Source of the DNA: Bdellovibrionota bacterium
GTDB lineage: Bacteria > Bdellovibrionota_C > UBA2361 > JBIKWN01
Length of the DNA stretch: 64,000 nt
Reading direction: 5' to 3'
NCBI GenBank assembly: GCA_044356295.1
Contig: JBIKWN010000003.1
Location: 16,655-80,654 of the forward strand
The notes under the pieces are model-generated. The model saw nothing but the letters and a program-made list of their open reading frames with translations, did no database searches and was not told the origin of the DNA. Of this stretch, positions 22,329 through 31,884 are shown piece by piece. The position numbers and the translations under genes are program-made. How positions within the stretch are numbered: the first letter of the stretch is position 1; each line of letters starts with the position of its first letter.

Positions 22329-22547
22329 ATGGCGCGGCCAATTTTTACTCATGAGCTTACAGATGCAGATTTTTCATGGCTTCTGTCTACTTTCAAAGAA
22401 AATCATCCAGAATATATAGCCGTTGAAGCTGGTGGGCTTCCTGTTGTTATGTTTAAGGTTACTCACGAAGAATTCACAAGAGCACTTATGCCAACACTTT
22501 CTTCCCTCCCTGAAAAGGAAGGCGATAGTGATGAAGTTATAGAATAG
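22329..22547 (+). CDS. Small hypothetical protein
   Basis: 72-aa ORF with an ATG start and AAGGGG 8 nt upstream. No recognised motif. Confidence 0.45.
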   Translation: MARPIFTHELTDADFSWLLSTFKENHPEYIAVEAGGLPVVMFKVTHEEFTRALMPTLSSLPEKEGDSDEVIE

Positions 22548-22782
22548 GATTTACTTCAACTTCATAACCACCAACATCCTCCATTGATTTAGGCGCAGGT
22601 TTTTGAACTTCTTTCATCTGCCCAATTTTACCTCTTTCTTCTTTTATTTTAAGTACCCATTGTACTCCAAAATAAACAAGGCTAATTGCAATTGCTCCAG
22701 CAAGGACAGTCATTATCAGGCTTGATTCGCCTTCTCCACGTTGGAGGCGTTTATGGTGAGACACATTAATCCGATTTGTCAT
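22537..22782 (-). CDS. Small single-pass membrane protein (hypothetical)
   Basis: One TM segment (IMTVLAGAIAISLVYFGVQWVL). Start is uncertain: ORF-track 22830, ATG at 22782 (17-nt overlap with the upstream ORF), or ATG at 22713. Confidence 0.4.
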   Translation of the reverse strand: MTNRINVSHHKRLQRGEGESSLIMTVLAGAIAISLVYFGVQWVLKIKEERGKIGQMKEVQKPAPKSMEDVGGYEVEVNPIL

Positions 22783-23965
22783 TTTCCAACCAAAATATTT
22801 TAGCACGGTAAAATTGTAGGAGCGCTTCAAGCTTCTCTTTTATTGTAGTAGAAATTGAGGATTCTGTCTCACTCAAAATTGAACAAGAAATAAATACACG
22901 GGATTCCTCTCGAAGCTTTCGGAGCTCTTTTGCAATACATAAAAGATAAGCAGTCTGATAATTATAACTTTCGAGCCGCGAATTCAAAGAAATTGAATTC
23001 AGTTGAAATACCTCAATTACTTTAGAAAGAGAACGGAACTTAGGATGATTCTTAAACCAAAAGAAAAACTCACTAAGATTCATCGATAAAAAATCTTCCT
23101 TACTAAAGCCGCGATAGCGAGACTCAGATGTCTCTGGAAGTGCCTTAAAGAAAGTATTTATAACTGGTCGAATTTCAAGAAAATCAGCAATAACACCCAT
23201 CCCTGTGACTTCAGATGGGATATAGATATCAAACTGCTTTAGTTCTGGTTTATTTCGCAAAGAGACCGTCTCAAATACTTCTGCTTTTCCACTACAGATA
23301 GCATTTTTTAGTATTGATATATTTTTAATCTCTTTCCATGAAAGAGATGCAATTTTAATTTCAACTGAAATCTGTTGTAAGGATGCATTTTTTAACAGCA
23401 AGAGAATAAATGAAAAAAATTCTGTATTACAAACAGAACAATATTCGGAAAATATTTCCTGTAATGTTTTCTCTTTCAAAGAAAACATTGAGTTTATGGT
23501 AGGAAATTCTAGACTTTGTTCTGCAAGAGTCCAATCATTGGAATGCTTCCTGTACAGTAAGCATTTATTTGACAAGTTACTATCTGTTACTTTCTTAGTG
23601 AGCTCATCAATTCTTAAAAGGTCTTCTTTAGCAAGTATCGTAAAGCGATCTATTAATAAAAAGAAAAACTGTTCATTACAAATCGCACTGTCAAAAAGAA
23701 TAAACTCGCCATCTTGAAATACTCTCTCTTGTCCAAAGAAGCGTATAGCCTCTTCAATTTGGTTTCCTTCAATGACGGCTACAACCGCTATGGTTTGACC
23801 TGAGAGTAAGGAATACAACTTTGAGTCATGAGACTCTTTAATACGAGCATTCTTAATTTCGTTAATAACCAGATCGAGGTCTCGAATGTTAAGATACCCA
23901 CCAACGGTACCTCGGAGTTCAGTACTATCAATAAGATACGGTGATTGCTGATGGTCATTTGTCAC
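22766..23965 (-). CDS. Hypothetical protein, 399 aa
   Basis: Long uninterrupted ORF, divergent from rpoN. No catalytic motif recognised. The N-terminal ~70 aa faintly resemble a PATAN/DUF4388-type domain (unverified). Confidence 0.6.
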   Translation of the reverse strand: MTNDHQQSPYLIDSTELRGTVGGYLNIRDLDLVINEIKNARIKESHDSKLYSLLSGQTIAVVAVIEGNQIEEAIRFFGQERVFQDGEFILFDSAICNEQFFFLLIDRFTILAKEDLLRIDELTKKVTDSNLSNKCLLYRKHSNDWTLAEQSLEFPTINSMFSLKEKTLQEIFSEYCSVCNTEFFSFILLLLKNASLQQISVEIKIASLSWKEIKNISILKNAICSGKAEVFETVSLRNKPELKQFDIYIPSEVTGMGVIADFLEIRPVINTFFKALPETSESRYRGFSKEDFLSMNLSEFFFWFKNHPKFRSLSKVIEVFQLNSISLNSRLESYNYQTAYLLCIAKELRKLREESRVFISCSILSETESSISTTIKEKLEALLQFYRAKIFWLENDKSD

Positions 23966-23998
23966 AGAATTGTAACTTTACTCTTCATGCCGGAAAGT

Positions 23999-24014
23999 TG
24001 GTAGATTTCTTGCT
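23999..24014 (+). promoter_or_regulatory. Candidate sigma-54 (-24/-12) promoter element TGGTAG-N5-TTGCT
   Basis: GG at 24000-24001 and GC at 24012-24013 have the canonical spacing of TGGCAC-N5-TTGCW. Lies about 50 nt upstream of the rpoN ATG. The -24 box deviates at two positions. Confidence 0.3.
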
Positions 24015-24064
24015 CTATTTTTTCCCCGTAGACATCCAAAGAGTGCAATAATGAAAGGGATGTC

Positions 24065-25525
24065 ATGGCATTAGAAGCACGTTTAGTACAAAAACTCGGT
24101 CAGAGCCTCACAATGACCCCCCAACTCCAGCAAGCTATTAAGCTGCTGCAACTTGGGCGTCTTGAATATAAAGAAGCTATTGAAAAGGAGCTTCTTGAAA
24201 ACCCGATCCTTGAAGAAAGCCCTGAAGATTACGGCGATAACGCACCTTCACAAGGAGAAACATTAATTCTCGAAACAGGCGACAATAACAACTCAAATGA
24301 TTCTAATGATTCTGGTGAAAATAACTCTGCAGCGTCTGATACACCAGATTGGGATGATTATGCAGATAGATTTTCCGACTACCAAGGAGCAAGCTCACCA
24401 AAGGGTCTTATCGATCACGAAAACCGCCCTGCCCTTGAAAATACAATTACTCGCACTCAAACACTTCAAGAATATCTAAATGAACAGTTTCGCTTCATGG
24501 ATTTTACTGAAGAAGAAAAACATGTTGGAAATTACATAGCAGGAAATTTAGATAAGGATGGATTTCTTTGTGTTAGTGATGAAGAGATTCAACAAGAATG
24601 TAACTGCGATATTTCTATCATTAATCGAGTCCTCTTTGAATTAAGAATGATCGATCCAATTGGATTAACAGCGCGAGATCTTAAAGAGTGCTTACTGATT
24701 CAACTTGAATATCAAGGTCTCGAAGATTCACTCGCAGCAACTATAGTTCGCGATCACCTCGATAAACTTGAAAAACGTAAATATGAAGCTTTGGCAAAAG
24801 AGTTAAAAATTCCTTTAAAAGAAGTTCTCACTCAGATTCAAGTTGTACAAGGGCTTAATCCATATCCAGGACGAGTTTTCGCTGAAGATGATACTCGGTA
24901 CGTCACACCGGATGTCTATATTCAAAAGATGAATGGTGAATGGGTTATAACGCTCAATGATGAAGGACTTCCTCGATTACGTGTCAGTCCATATTATTTA
25001 GAAGTGCTGCAGCAGCAAGGAAAAGAAAGTGCTCAGGCAAAATCGTATCTGAATGAACGGTTAAAAGCTGCTTCATGGCTCATTAAAAGTATTCATCAAC
25101 GCCAACAAACAATTTTTAAAGTTACTGAAAGTATATTTAAATTTCAAAAAGAGTTCTTAGAAACAGGTATTGAAAAAATGAAGCCGCTCGTCTTAAGAGA
25201 AGTGGCTGATGATATCGGCATGCATGAATCAACAGTGAGTCGTGTTACTACAAATAAATATGTTCATACACCACAAGGCGTTTTTGAATTAAAATATTTC
25301 TTTACCACTGGAATTAAGAGCGCATCCGGCGATATGTCCTCTTCTTCTATCAAAGATAAGATTAAGACACTTATTGCTGGTGAGGATAACAAACGACCAC
25401 TCTCAGATCAGGACATCGTGGAAATACTCACAAAAGAGAACATAGATATAGCACGGCGCACGGTAGCTAAGTACCGAGAATCAATGAACATTCCTGCTTC
25501 GTCCCAGAGAAAAAGTTTGTTCTAG
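24065..25525 (+). CDS. rpoN: RNA polymerase sigma-54 factor RpoN
   Basis: 486-aa ORF. Region I MTPQLQQAIKLLQL, acidic region II, HTH (ESTVSRVTTNKY) and RpoN box ARRTVAKYRE. Confidence 0.97.
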   Translation: MALEARLVQKLGQSLTMTPQLQQAIKLLQLGRLEYKEAIEKELLENPILEESPEDYGDNAPSQGETLILETGDNNNSNDSNDSGENNSAASDTPDWDDYADRFSDYQGASSPKGLIDHENRPALENTITRTQTLQEYLNEQFRFMDFTEEEKHVGNYIAGNLDKDGFLCVSDEEIQQECNCDISIINRVLFELRMIDPIGLTARDLKECLLIQLEYQGLEDSLAATIVRDHLDKLEKRKYEALAKELKIPLKEVLTQIQVVQGLNPYPGRVFAEDDTRYVTPDVYIQKMNGEWVITLNDEGLPRLRVSPYYLEVLQQQGKESAQAKSYLNERLKAASWLIKSIHQRQQTIFKVTESIFKFQKEFLETGIEKMKPLVLREVADDIGMHESTVSRVTTNKYVHTPQGVFELKYFFTTGIKSASGDMSSSSIKDKIKTLIAGEDNKRPLSDQDIVEILTKENIDIARRTVAKYRESMNIPASSQRKSLF

Positions 25526-25620
25526 TTCCTCTCGATTCAAGATATAATCAAATAGAAAGAGTAAGTATTTAATGTACCTATTCTGCACTATCTCTCACCC
25601 AAGCAATAAGGAGTTTAATT

Positions 25621-25935
25621 ATGACCAATGCCCATCTTGTAAATGTAAGTGTGACTTTCAAAAATACTGATAGCAGCGAAGCACTTAAAAAATACGCGAC
25701 TGAAAAACTTTCCGCAGCGCTTGGTAAATTTGTTCATCATCCAACCGAGGTGCATACAATACTAAGACTTGAAAAAAACAGACAAATTGCAGAAGCAACG
25801 TTTCATGCTGACGGACATGATTTCAAAGGAAAAGAAGAATCAGAAGATCTCTATGCTTCTATTGATAGTTTAGTAGCTTCAGTCACGCAACAGTTAAGAA
25901 AACATAAAGAAAAACTCACTGAGCACCATCCTTAA
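25621..25935 (+). CDS. hpf: Ribosome hibernation promoting factor (sigma-54 modulation protein family)
   Basis: 104-aa ORF with AAGGAG 8 nt upstream. Short-HPF/YfiA-like pattern. Conserved position after rpoN. Confidence 0.85.
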   Translation: MTNAHLVNVSVTFKNTDSSEALKKYATEKLSAALGKFVHHPTEVHTILRLEKNRQIAEATFHADGHDFKGKEESEDLYASIDSLVASVTQQLRKHKEKLTEHHP

Positions 25936-25952
25936 TTCTCACTAGATCTGTC

Positions 25953-26831
25953 GTGCAGTCACTTATATTTTTAGTAGGAACATCGGGTGCTGGAAAATCC
26001 AAAGCACTCGATGCTCTGTCAGATTTTGGTTATTTTAACCTTGAAAATGTCCCTGTAGAACTTCTTCCTAATTTTCTGGAAGTTGCAAAAAAAGATCCTA
26101 TTCGTTATCAAAAACTTGCAATTCTTCCAGATATTAACTCAACAGAAAAACTTGAAAATCTTCTTGTCTTCATTGATGAAGTAACAAAAAGTCATAAAGA
26201 TACCAAAACAACCTGTATCTATATCGACTGCTCTGACGCTGTCATTGTTCGTCGTTATAGTGAAACAAGACGTCCTCATCCCTGTTTTGATCCAACTCGC
26301 GACAAAACACTTGAAGATGCAATCATTCGTGAGAGAACTCGTTTAAGTCTATTTAGAGATAGAGCGAATCTCTTACTCGATACCACTCATTGGAATATTC
26401 ATGAACTTCGCCGTGAACTTGTTTCTTTCATTGAAACGATTGCTTTCTCGGTTGAACACTTATTTAGACTGAATTTTCTTTCCTTTGGGTTTAAATATGG
26501 ACTACCAAACGATTGCGATATCATTATGGATGCCCGATTCCTGCCTAATCCATATTTTATTGCTGATCTAAGAGAGAAGGATGGTACGAACCAAGAAGTA
26601 TCATCTTTTGTTTTAGATAATCCATCATGTAAACAATTCCTTGATAAATACCTTGATCTGCTCAGCTTTTCCTTACCTCTTTATATCTCTTCTGGAAAAC
26701 AATACTTAAATGTAGGTATTGGATGCACTGGTGGCAAACATCGAAGTGTCGCTATTGCAGAATGTCTCTCAAAGGAAATATCCGACCCACTGTATGTTGT
26801 TAGTGCAAAGCACAGAGATCGCGATAAATAG
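25953..26831 (+). CDS. rapZ: RNase adapter protein RapZ (YhbJ, P-loop NTPase)
   Basis: 292-aa ORF with a GTG start. Walker A GTSGAGKS. C-terminal GCTGGKHRSV motif. rpoN-hpf-rapZ synteny. Confidence 0.9.
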   Translation: MQSLIFLVGTSGAGKSKALDALSDFGYFNLENVPVELLPNFLEVAKKDPIRYQKLAILPDINSTEKLENLLVFIDEVTKSHKDTKTTCIYIDCSDAVIVRRYSETRRPHPCFDPTRDKTLEDAIIRERTRLSLFRDRANLLLDTTHWNIHELRRELVSFIETIAFSVEHLFRLNFLSFGFKYGLPNDCDIIMDARFLPNPYFIADLREKDGTNQEVSSFVLDNPSCKQFLDKYLDLLSFSLPLYISSGKQYLNVGIGCTGGKHRSVAIAECLSKEISDPLYVVSAKHRDRDK

Positions 26832-26853
26832 CAGTAAAATCTAGGCTATACGG

Positions 26854-27113
26854 TTGACCAACTGACATATTCAAGCGACAATCAACACTTCCAAAACTCT
26901 CACCGTTTTTTGCGATTTTTTCGCGAATTATTTTACGCAAGAAACGAATGGAAATGACCTACCGGCTCCTTTAGAACGCGAACAGAACAGAAGCTGGGGG
27001 TATCCACTAACCGGTGGAGAAACATACGAGATTGTTCGTTAAGCTATTTTTGAGAGAGTTTTTTAAGCGACGTCGGCTCATGTTTCTCTGCAGTTTGTTA
27101 TGGAGATTACATA
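26854..27113 (+). promoter_or_regulatory. Long structured 5' leader of metK (candidate SAM-responsive element; class unassigned)
   Basis: Possible promoter TTGACC (26854-26859), 17-nt spacer, GACAAT. That gives a leader of roughly 225 nt with long-range complementarity: GAGAAACAT 27017-27025 / ATGTTTCTC 27080-27088, and CGAACA 26979-26984 / TGTTCG 27033-27038. SD GGAG at 27102. Confidence 0.35.
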
Positions 27114-28289
27114 ATGGAATCGCACGACTTTATTTTTACCTCTGAATCTGTTTCAGAAGGGCACCCTGATAAAATTTGTGACCAATTAAGTGATGCAGTT
27201 CTTGATGCACATTTAAAAGGTGACGCAAAAAGCCGAGTAGCTTGTGAAGCACTTGTTAAGAATTCTACTGTTATTCTTGCAGGAGAAATTACTTCAAACG
27301 CAAAAGTGAACTACGAAGATATCGCTCGCGCGGTAATTCGTGAAATTGGGTATACAGATCCTGCTCTAGGTTTTGATGCTGATTCTGCATCAATCCTTAC
27401 TTTCATAAGCCATCAGTCCCAAGACATTAGTCAAGGTGTTACTGAAGGTGAAGGTGAATTTAAAGAGCAAGGCGCTGGTGACCAAGGCTTAATGTTTGGA
27501 TTTGCTTGCAACGAAACTCCTGAATTAATGCCACTTCCAGTTGCATTATCGCACAGACTCTTAAAGAAACTCTCTGACATTCGTCGCAGTGACAAGAATA
27601 CAACGCTTCGTCCAGATGCAAAGTCACAAGTTTCTGTTGAATATAAAAACGGTATACCTTCAAGAATTGATACTATCGTTCTTTCAACTCAACACACTGA
27701 GGCTGCAACGCTGAAACAACTTCATGACTTAATCGTCGATCAAGTTGTTCCAGAAGTTATCCCAACAAATCTTCTTGATAAAAATACAAAGTACCTTGTT
27801 AATCCAACAGGTCGTTTTGTAATCGGAGGTCCAGTTGGTGACTGTGGTCTTACTGGACGTAAAATCATTGTAGATACTTACGGTGGATATGCTCGTCACG
27901 GAGGTGGTGCATTCTCTGGTAAGGATCCTACAAAGGTTGATCGTTCTGCTGCATACGCTGCAAGATATATTGCAAAAAATATCGTTGCTGCTGGTCTTGC
28001 GACTAAGTGCGAAGTTCAAGTTGCTTATGCAATTGGTGTTGCTAAGCCAGTATCTATCTATGTAAACACATACGGTACAAGTTCGTTTACAGGAGATAAG
28101 ATATCGGCGGCCGTTGCAGAAGTTTTTGATTTAACTCCTCGTGGAATTATCGAGAGCTTAAATCTGCTTCGACCAATCTATCAACCAACTGCTAGTTATG
28201 GTCACTTTGGTCGTGATGCGACTAATAGTGGACAGTTTAGCTGGGAGAGAACTGATAAAGTTGAAGCGCTTAAAAGTGCGATTAAATAA
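27114..28289 (+). CDS. metK: S-adenosylmethionine synthetase MetK
   Basis: 391-aa [27 protein letters not shown] and the other canonical MetK blocks are present. Confidence 0.98.
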   Translation: MESHDFIFTSESVSEGHPDKICDQLSDAVLDAHLKGDAKSRVACEALVKNSTVILAGEITSNAKVNYEDIARAVIREIGYTDPALGFDADSASILTFISHQSQDISQGVTEGEGEFKEQGAGDQGLMFGFACNETPELMPLPVALSHRLLKKLSDIRRSDKNTTLRPDAKSQVSVEYKNGIPSRIDTIVLSTQHTEAATLKQLHDLIVDQVVPEVIPTNLLDKNTKYLVNPTGRFVIGGPVGDCGLTGRKIIVDTYGGYARHGGGAFSGKDPTKVDRSAAYAARYIAKNIVAAGLATKCEVQVAYAIGVAKPVSIYVNTYGTSSFTGDKISAAVAEVFDLTPRGIIESLNLLRPIYQPTASYGHFGRDATNSGQFSWERTDKVEALKSAIK

Positions 28290-28349
28290 GTAAATAAGAT
28301 TACTTATTTACCATAAAGGGCATCCAGTAATGGGTGCCCTTTTTTATTT
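28290..28349. terminator. Two hairpins between convergent metK and the 28350 ORF; the second is a bidirectional intrinsic terminator
   Basis: First hairpin: GTAAATAAG-ATTA-CTTATTTAC (28290-28311). Second hairpin: AGGGCATCC-AGTAAT-GGGTGCCCT (28317-28340), followed by TTTTTATTTT. Confidence 0.8.
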
Positions 28350-28721
28350 TCAAGGATTGATTAATAGTTTTGCATACTCATTACTCGAGTCTTCTAGGCA
28401 AACATTAAGACTCCAAATTGACTGATCTTTAGCATCATAGACAAGGGCTGCATCAAACGGGAGCTCTTCCGAAAGAACTTCGACAATAGAAGCATCTTCT
28501 ATCATCTTTAATAGATCGTCTGCGGGTGCATCAATCAAGTTTCGAGTAGAAAAAAAGAACGTAACATTTTTACAGTCGTCCTCAATCCAAACCTCGGCTA
28601 GATAGGGGCGACTATCTGGCAAGATTCCTTCAAGTGAATATAGAACAATAGTATTGGGAGGATTTGGAAGAGTCGATCCTTTCCAATCTGGTTTTTCGTA
28701 TTCAAAAGAGAAAGAACTCAC
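28350..28721 (-). CDS. Hypothetical protein
   Basis: 123-aa ORF, acidic, with no signal peptide and no recognised motif. Confidence 0.5.
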   Translation of the reverse strand: MSSFSFEYEKPDWKGSTLPNPPNTIVLYSLEGILPDSRPYLAEVWIEDDCKNVTFFFSTRNLIDAPADDLLKMIEDASIVEVLSEELPFDAALVYDAKDQSIWSLNVCLEDSSNEYAKLLINP

Positions 28722-28745
28722 AGCAGTGACGAAATAAATCTGAAA

Positions 28746-29168
28746 TTAACGCCAAGAATTCCCAAGCTTAGGACCAATATATAAATACTCAGCCAAATCT
28801 GGATCTGGATTTCCTCGTGGGCGCTCCATTAAAGCTTCATAACGAAGTCGATTAATCGTAGCTTGATTGTCATATATTGTTTCGTAGTTATCTTCGATCG
28901 CAGAATTATTTGAAGAGATAATGTAATACTTAGCTGTTGTATCAGAGATATATGCTGCTGCAATTCCAACTGGTATACCAATTAATGCACCGTAACCAAT
29001 CCCCTGTACATTTGATATTGAAGAAGAGTTGCGTGCAACGATAGCCCCAACACCTGCACCAGCTGCTGCTCCGCCCAAAGAGCCATAACCAACTGGGTGG
29101 TTTGTTGTACAACCAGCAGAAACCGCCAATAGAAGTAGTGAAGAGATTTTTAAAGTAAGTTTTTTCAT
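28746..29168 (-). CDS. Glycine-zipper outer-membrane lipoprotein
   Basis: 140-aa ORF. Lipobox LLAVSAGC. Gly-zipper stretch GSLGGAAAGAGVGAIV...GYGALIGIPVGIAAA. Confidence 0.7.
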   Translation of the reverse strand: MKKLTLKISSLLLLAVSAGCTTNHPVGYGSLGGAAAGAGVGAIVARNSSSISNVQGIGYGALIGIPVGIAAAYISDTTAKYYIISSNNSAIEDNYETIYDNQATINRLRYEALMERPRGNPDPDLAEYLYIGPKLGNSWR

Positions 29169-29347
29169 AACGATACCTCTAGTTATACGAGTAAACTCAA
29201 GCTAATCAACTATAATCGACTCGGGCGGCTATTTTGGTTCACTCTTATAAAATTAGTAATTTCAGGTAGTTACGCTAATCTTTCTTTAGATTGTGTGTAA
29301 ATATTAGACTCATTACTATGTTTTCTCTCTTTCTTTATGGGTAACTC

Positions 29348-29764
29348 ATGTCAAATTCATCACCTCTTTATTCATCTATTTTAAAAAATGCAAAGACTAT
29401 TGCTGTCGTTGGTTTATCTGATAAGTCCGATCGCTCAAGTTATGGTGTGACCGAGTATATGCAAAAATACTTTGAGATAATCCCTATAAATCCAATGTTA
29501 AAAGAATGGAATGGATTAAAATCTTACTCTTCTCTTTTAGAAATTCCGAAAGAAAAAAAAGTTGATATTGTAAATGTATTTAGGAAAGCAGAAGACTGCC
29601 CTGCTGTAACAAGGGATGCCGTTACCATTGGGGCAAACAGTATCTGGCTTCAGCAGGGAATTATTAGTGAAGAATCAGAAGATATTGCGCGTCACGCACA
29701 CATCCCATTTGTAATGGATGCATGTATTGCAGTTCTACATTCACAATTGTTACGCAATCTGTGA
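29348..29764 (+). CDS. CoA-binding protein (YccU/YneT family)
   Basis: 138-aa ORF. KTIAVVGLSDKSDRSSYGV Rossmann-type CoA-binding signature. Size is typical. Confidence 0.8.
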   Translation: MSNSSPLYSSILKNAKTIAVVGLSDKSDRSSYGVTEYMQKYFEIIPINPMLKEWNGLKSYSSLLEIPKEKKVDIVNVFRKAEDCPAVTRDAVTIGANSIWLQQGIISEESEDIARHAHIPFVMDACIAVLHSQLLRNL

Positions 29765-31057
29765 TAACTTTTCCATTAATCTTTCGTGAAGTTCATCTTT
29801 AATAAGATCATCTTTTAATGTTGAGATGATCTCACCGGCAAATGCTTGAACAAGCATCATCTTGGCTTCTTTTTTTCCAACACCTCGTGACTGAATATAA
29901 AAAAGAGCATCATCATCAAGCTGACCAATGGTTGCGCCGTGTGTACATTTTACATCATCAGCCCAAATTTTTAGTTGCGGCTTTGTATTTACTTGAGCTT
30001 CGTTAGATAAAAGTATCGATCGATTCGATTGAATTGCGTTAGTTTTTTGCGCGTCTTCTCGAACAATAATTGTTCCAGAAAAAACTCCTTGTGATTTACC
30101 ACCATAAATACCCTTATAGAGCTCTAGGCTTTCACAGTGAGGTTTAGCATGATCAAGTAGCGTTGTATTATCAACGTGTTGATTTCCATCAAGCACTGAC
30201 AAACCATTCATCGTCACATTAGCATTGCTGCCGTTCATAACAATATTTACATGATTTCGGACAAGTTTTCCTCCGAACGAGAACGTATGAGTTCGAAAAG
30301 TAGAATCATTTTCAACATGAGCTTCAATCATTGAAACGTGAAATGCTTCTGTAGACTCATCTTGAATACGCACATGGTAAACATGCGCATTTGATGCGAC
30401 TTTGCACTCAAGTACCGAATTAGAAAGATAAGAAACCCCTGTCTCTGCTTGAAAACGCTCTACGATATTAATAGAAGCACCTGTCTCAGCAACACAAAGA
30501 ATTCTTGGATGAAGTGCAGCGCCAGCCGCAGCTTTTGTCGTCTGAAAAATAATCTCAATTGGTTTTACATTTGAAGCATTTTTAGCTGCAAATATAACAA
30601 GTCCATCAGAGAGAAAAGCCGTATTGATAGACGAAAAACTTTCGTCTTGTCTGGCAATAGTGCCAAAGTTCGATGCCCAGACAGCGTGAAGTGGATGGTC
30701 AGTTTTTTGAACTTCTGAAAGTTGTACAATCTGAATTAATTCTTCGATTTTTTCAGATGACTTCTCTACCAATGCACCATCAACAAAAAGAAAGCGGTGG
30801 CTATCTACGTTAGAACGAACTGGCAAAGCTTTTGCAGTATTCTTCGTTTTAGTAAGAGCAAAAAATTTTCCATCAAGGATTGCTTTTGGATCGGTATATT
30901 TCCAATCTTCCAAAGCAACAGTAGGAAATCCATTTTTTGCGTATTGCTCTAGAGCATCTTTTCTTTTTTGGTGAAGCGGAAGTTTTGCACCACCATTTAA
31001 GCTCTTCTCGAACTGAGCAAAACTTTCAGTAATCCAGTCTTTGTTTTCTTCTAGCAT
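29750..31057 (-). CDS. sufD: Fe-S cluster assembly protein SufD
   Basis: 435-aa ORF. The C-terminal beta-helix block (TKPQLKIWADDVKCTHGATIGQLD) is characteristic of SufB/SufD. Follows sufC. Confidence 0.9.
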   Translation of the reverse strand: MLEENKDWITESFAQFEKSLNGGAKLPLHQKRKDALEQYAKNGFPTVALEDWKYTDPKAILDGKFFALTKTKNTAKALPVRSNVDSHRFLFVDGALVEKSSEKIEELIQIVQLSEVQKTDHPLHAVWASNFGTIARQDESFSSINTAFLSDGLVIFAAKNASNVKPIEIIFQTTKAAAGAALHPRILCVAETGASINIVERFQAETGVSYLSNSVLECKVASNAHVYHVRIQDESTEAFHVSMIEAHVENDSTFRTHTFSFGGKLVRNHVNIVMNGSNANVTMNGLSVLDGNQHVDNTTLLDHAKPHCESLELYKGIYGGKSQGVFSGTIIVREDAQKTNAIQSNRSILLSNEAQVNTKPQLKIWADDVKCTHGATIGQLDDDALFYIQSRGVGKKEAKMMLVQAFAGEIISTLKDDLIKDELHERLMEKLSQIA

Positions 31058-31063
31058 AAAAAA

Positions 31064-31846
31064 TTAAGCACGAAGCTCCTCTTTAACCCAGTTATAACCT
31101 TTTGATTCAAGTTCAAGTGCCAACTCTTTTGGACCAGACTTAATAATTTTGCCGTCAATCATAATATGAACAACATCAGGGGTAATGTAATCAAGAAGTC
31201 GTTGATAGTGTGTTATGACAACAAAGGAACGCTCTGGTTTTTCAGCTTTAAGTTTATTAACCCCTCTTGCAACAATTTGAAGAGCATCAATATCAAGCCC
31301 AGAATCTGTCTCATCTAAGATAGCAATAGTTGGTTCAAGACATGCCATTTGAAATATTTCATTTCGCTTTTTCTCGCCACCAGAGAAGCCTTCATTGACT
31401 GAACGCTTTACAAGCGCTTCATCGATTTCAACAAAAGCAGCTTTCTCTTTAATCATTGCATTAAAATCACGAACTGAAAGTTCTGGTTGTTGACGGTGTG
31501 CTCTTGTTGCATTCACTGCAGTGCGGAGGAAATACGTCGTGTTGACTCCTGGAAGTTCAACTGGATATTGAAACGCCATAAAAAGCCCTTCTCGTGCGCG
31601 CTCTTCTGGATCCATCTCTAAAAGATCTTTTTCACTAAAGGTGATCGATCCCTTAGTTACTTCGTATCCTTTTTTACCACCTAAAATATTAGCAAGGGTG
31701 CTCTTTCCAGATCCATTGACACCCATTATAGCGTGAACTTCACCTTTTTTAACGGTTAAGTTTAGACCTTTTAAGATCTCTTTACTGCCATCTTCAATTT
31801 TTGCATGAAGGTCATTTACTTCAAGAATTACATCTTTCGTTGTCAT
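31064..31846 (-). CDS. sufC: Fe-S cluster assembly ATPase SufC
   Basis: 260-aa ORF. Walker A GVNGSGKST, signature FSGGEKKRNE, Walker B AILDETDSGLD. Confidence 0.95.
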   Translation of the reverse strand: MTTKDVILEVNDLHAKIEDGSKEILKGLNLTVKKGEVHAIMGVNGSGKSTLANILGGKKGYEVTKGSITFSEKDLLEMDPEERAREGLFMAFQYPVELPGVNTTYFLRTAVNATRAHRQQPELSVRDFNAMIKEKAAFVEIDEALVKRSVNEGFSGGEKKRNEIFQMACLEPTIAILDETDSGLDIDALQIVARGVNKLKAEKPERSFVVITHYQRLLDYITPDVVHIMIDGKIIKSGPKELALELESKGYNWVKEELRA

Positions 31847-31884
31847 CTGTTTTATTCTCTCTTTTAGATATATTTTTAAATTTA

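Noticed and set aside
26832-27113. Calling the metK leader a SAM-I (S-box) or SAM-II riboswitch outright.
   Set aside because: I could not find the conserved SAM-I core segments. I do not trust my recall of the SAM-II/V consensus enough to align it. The region is kept only as an unassigned candidate.
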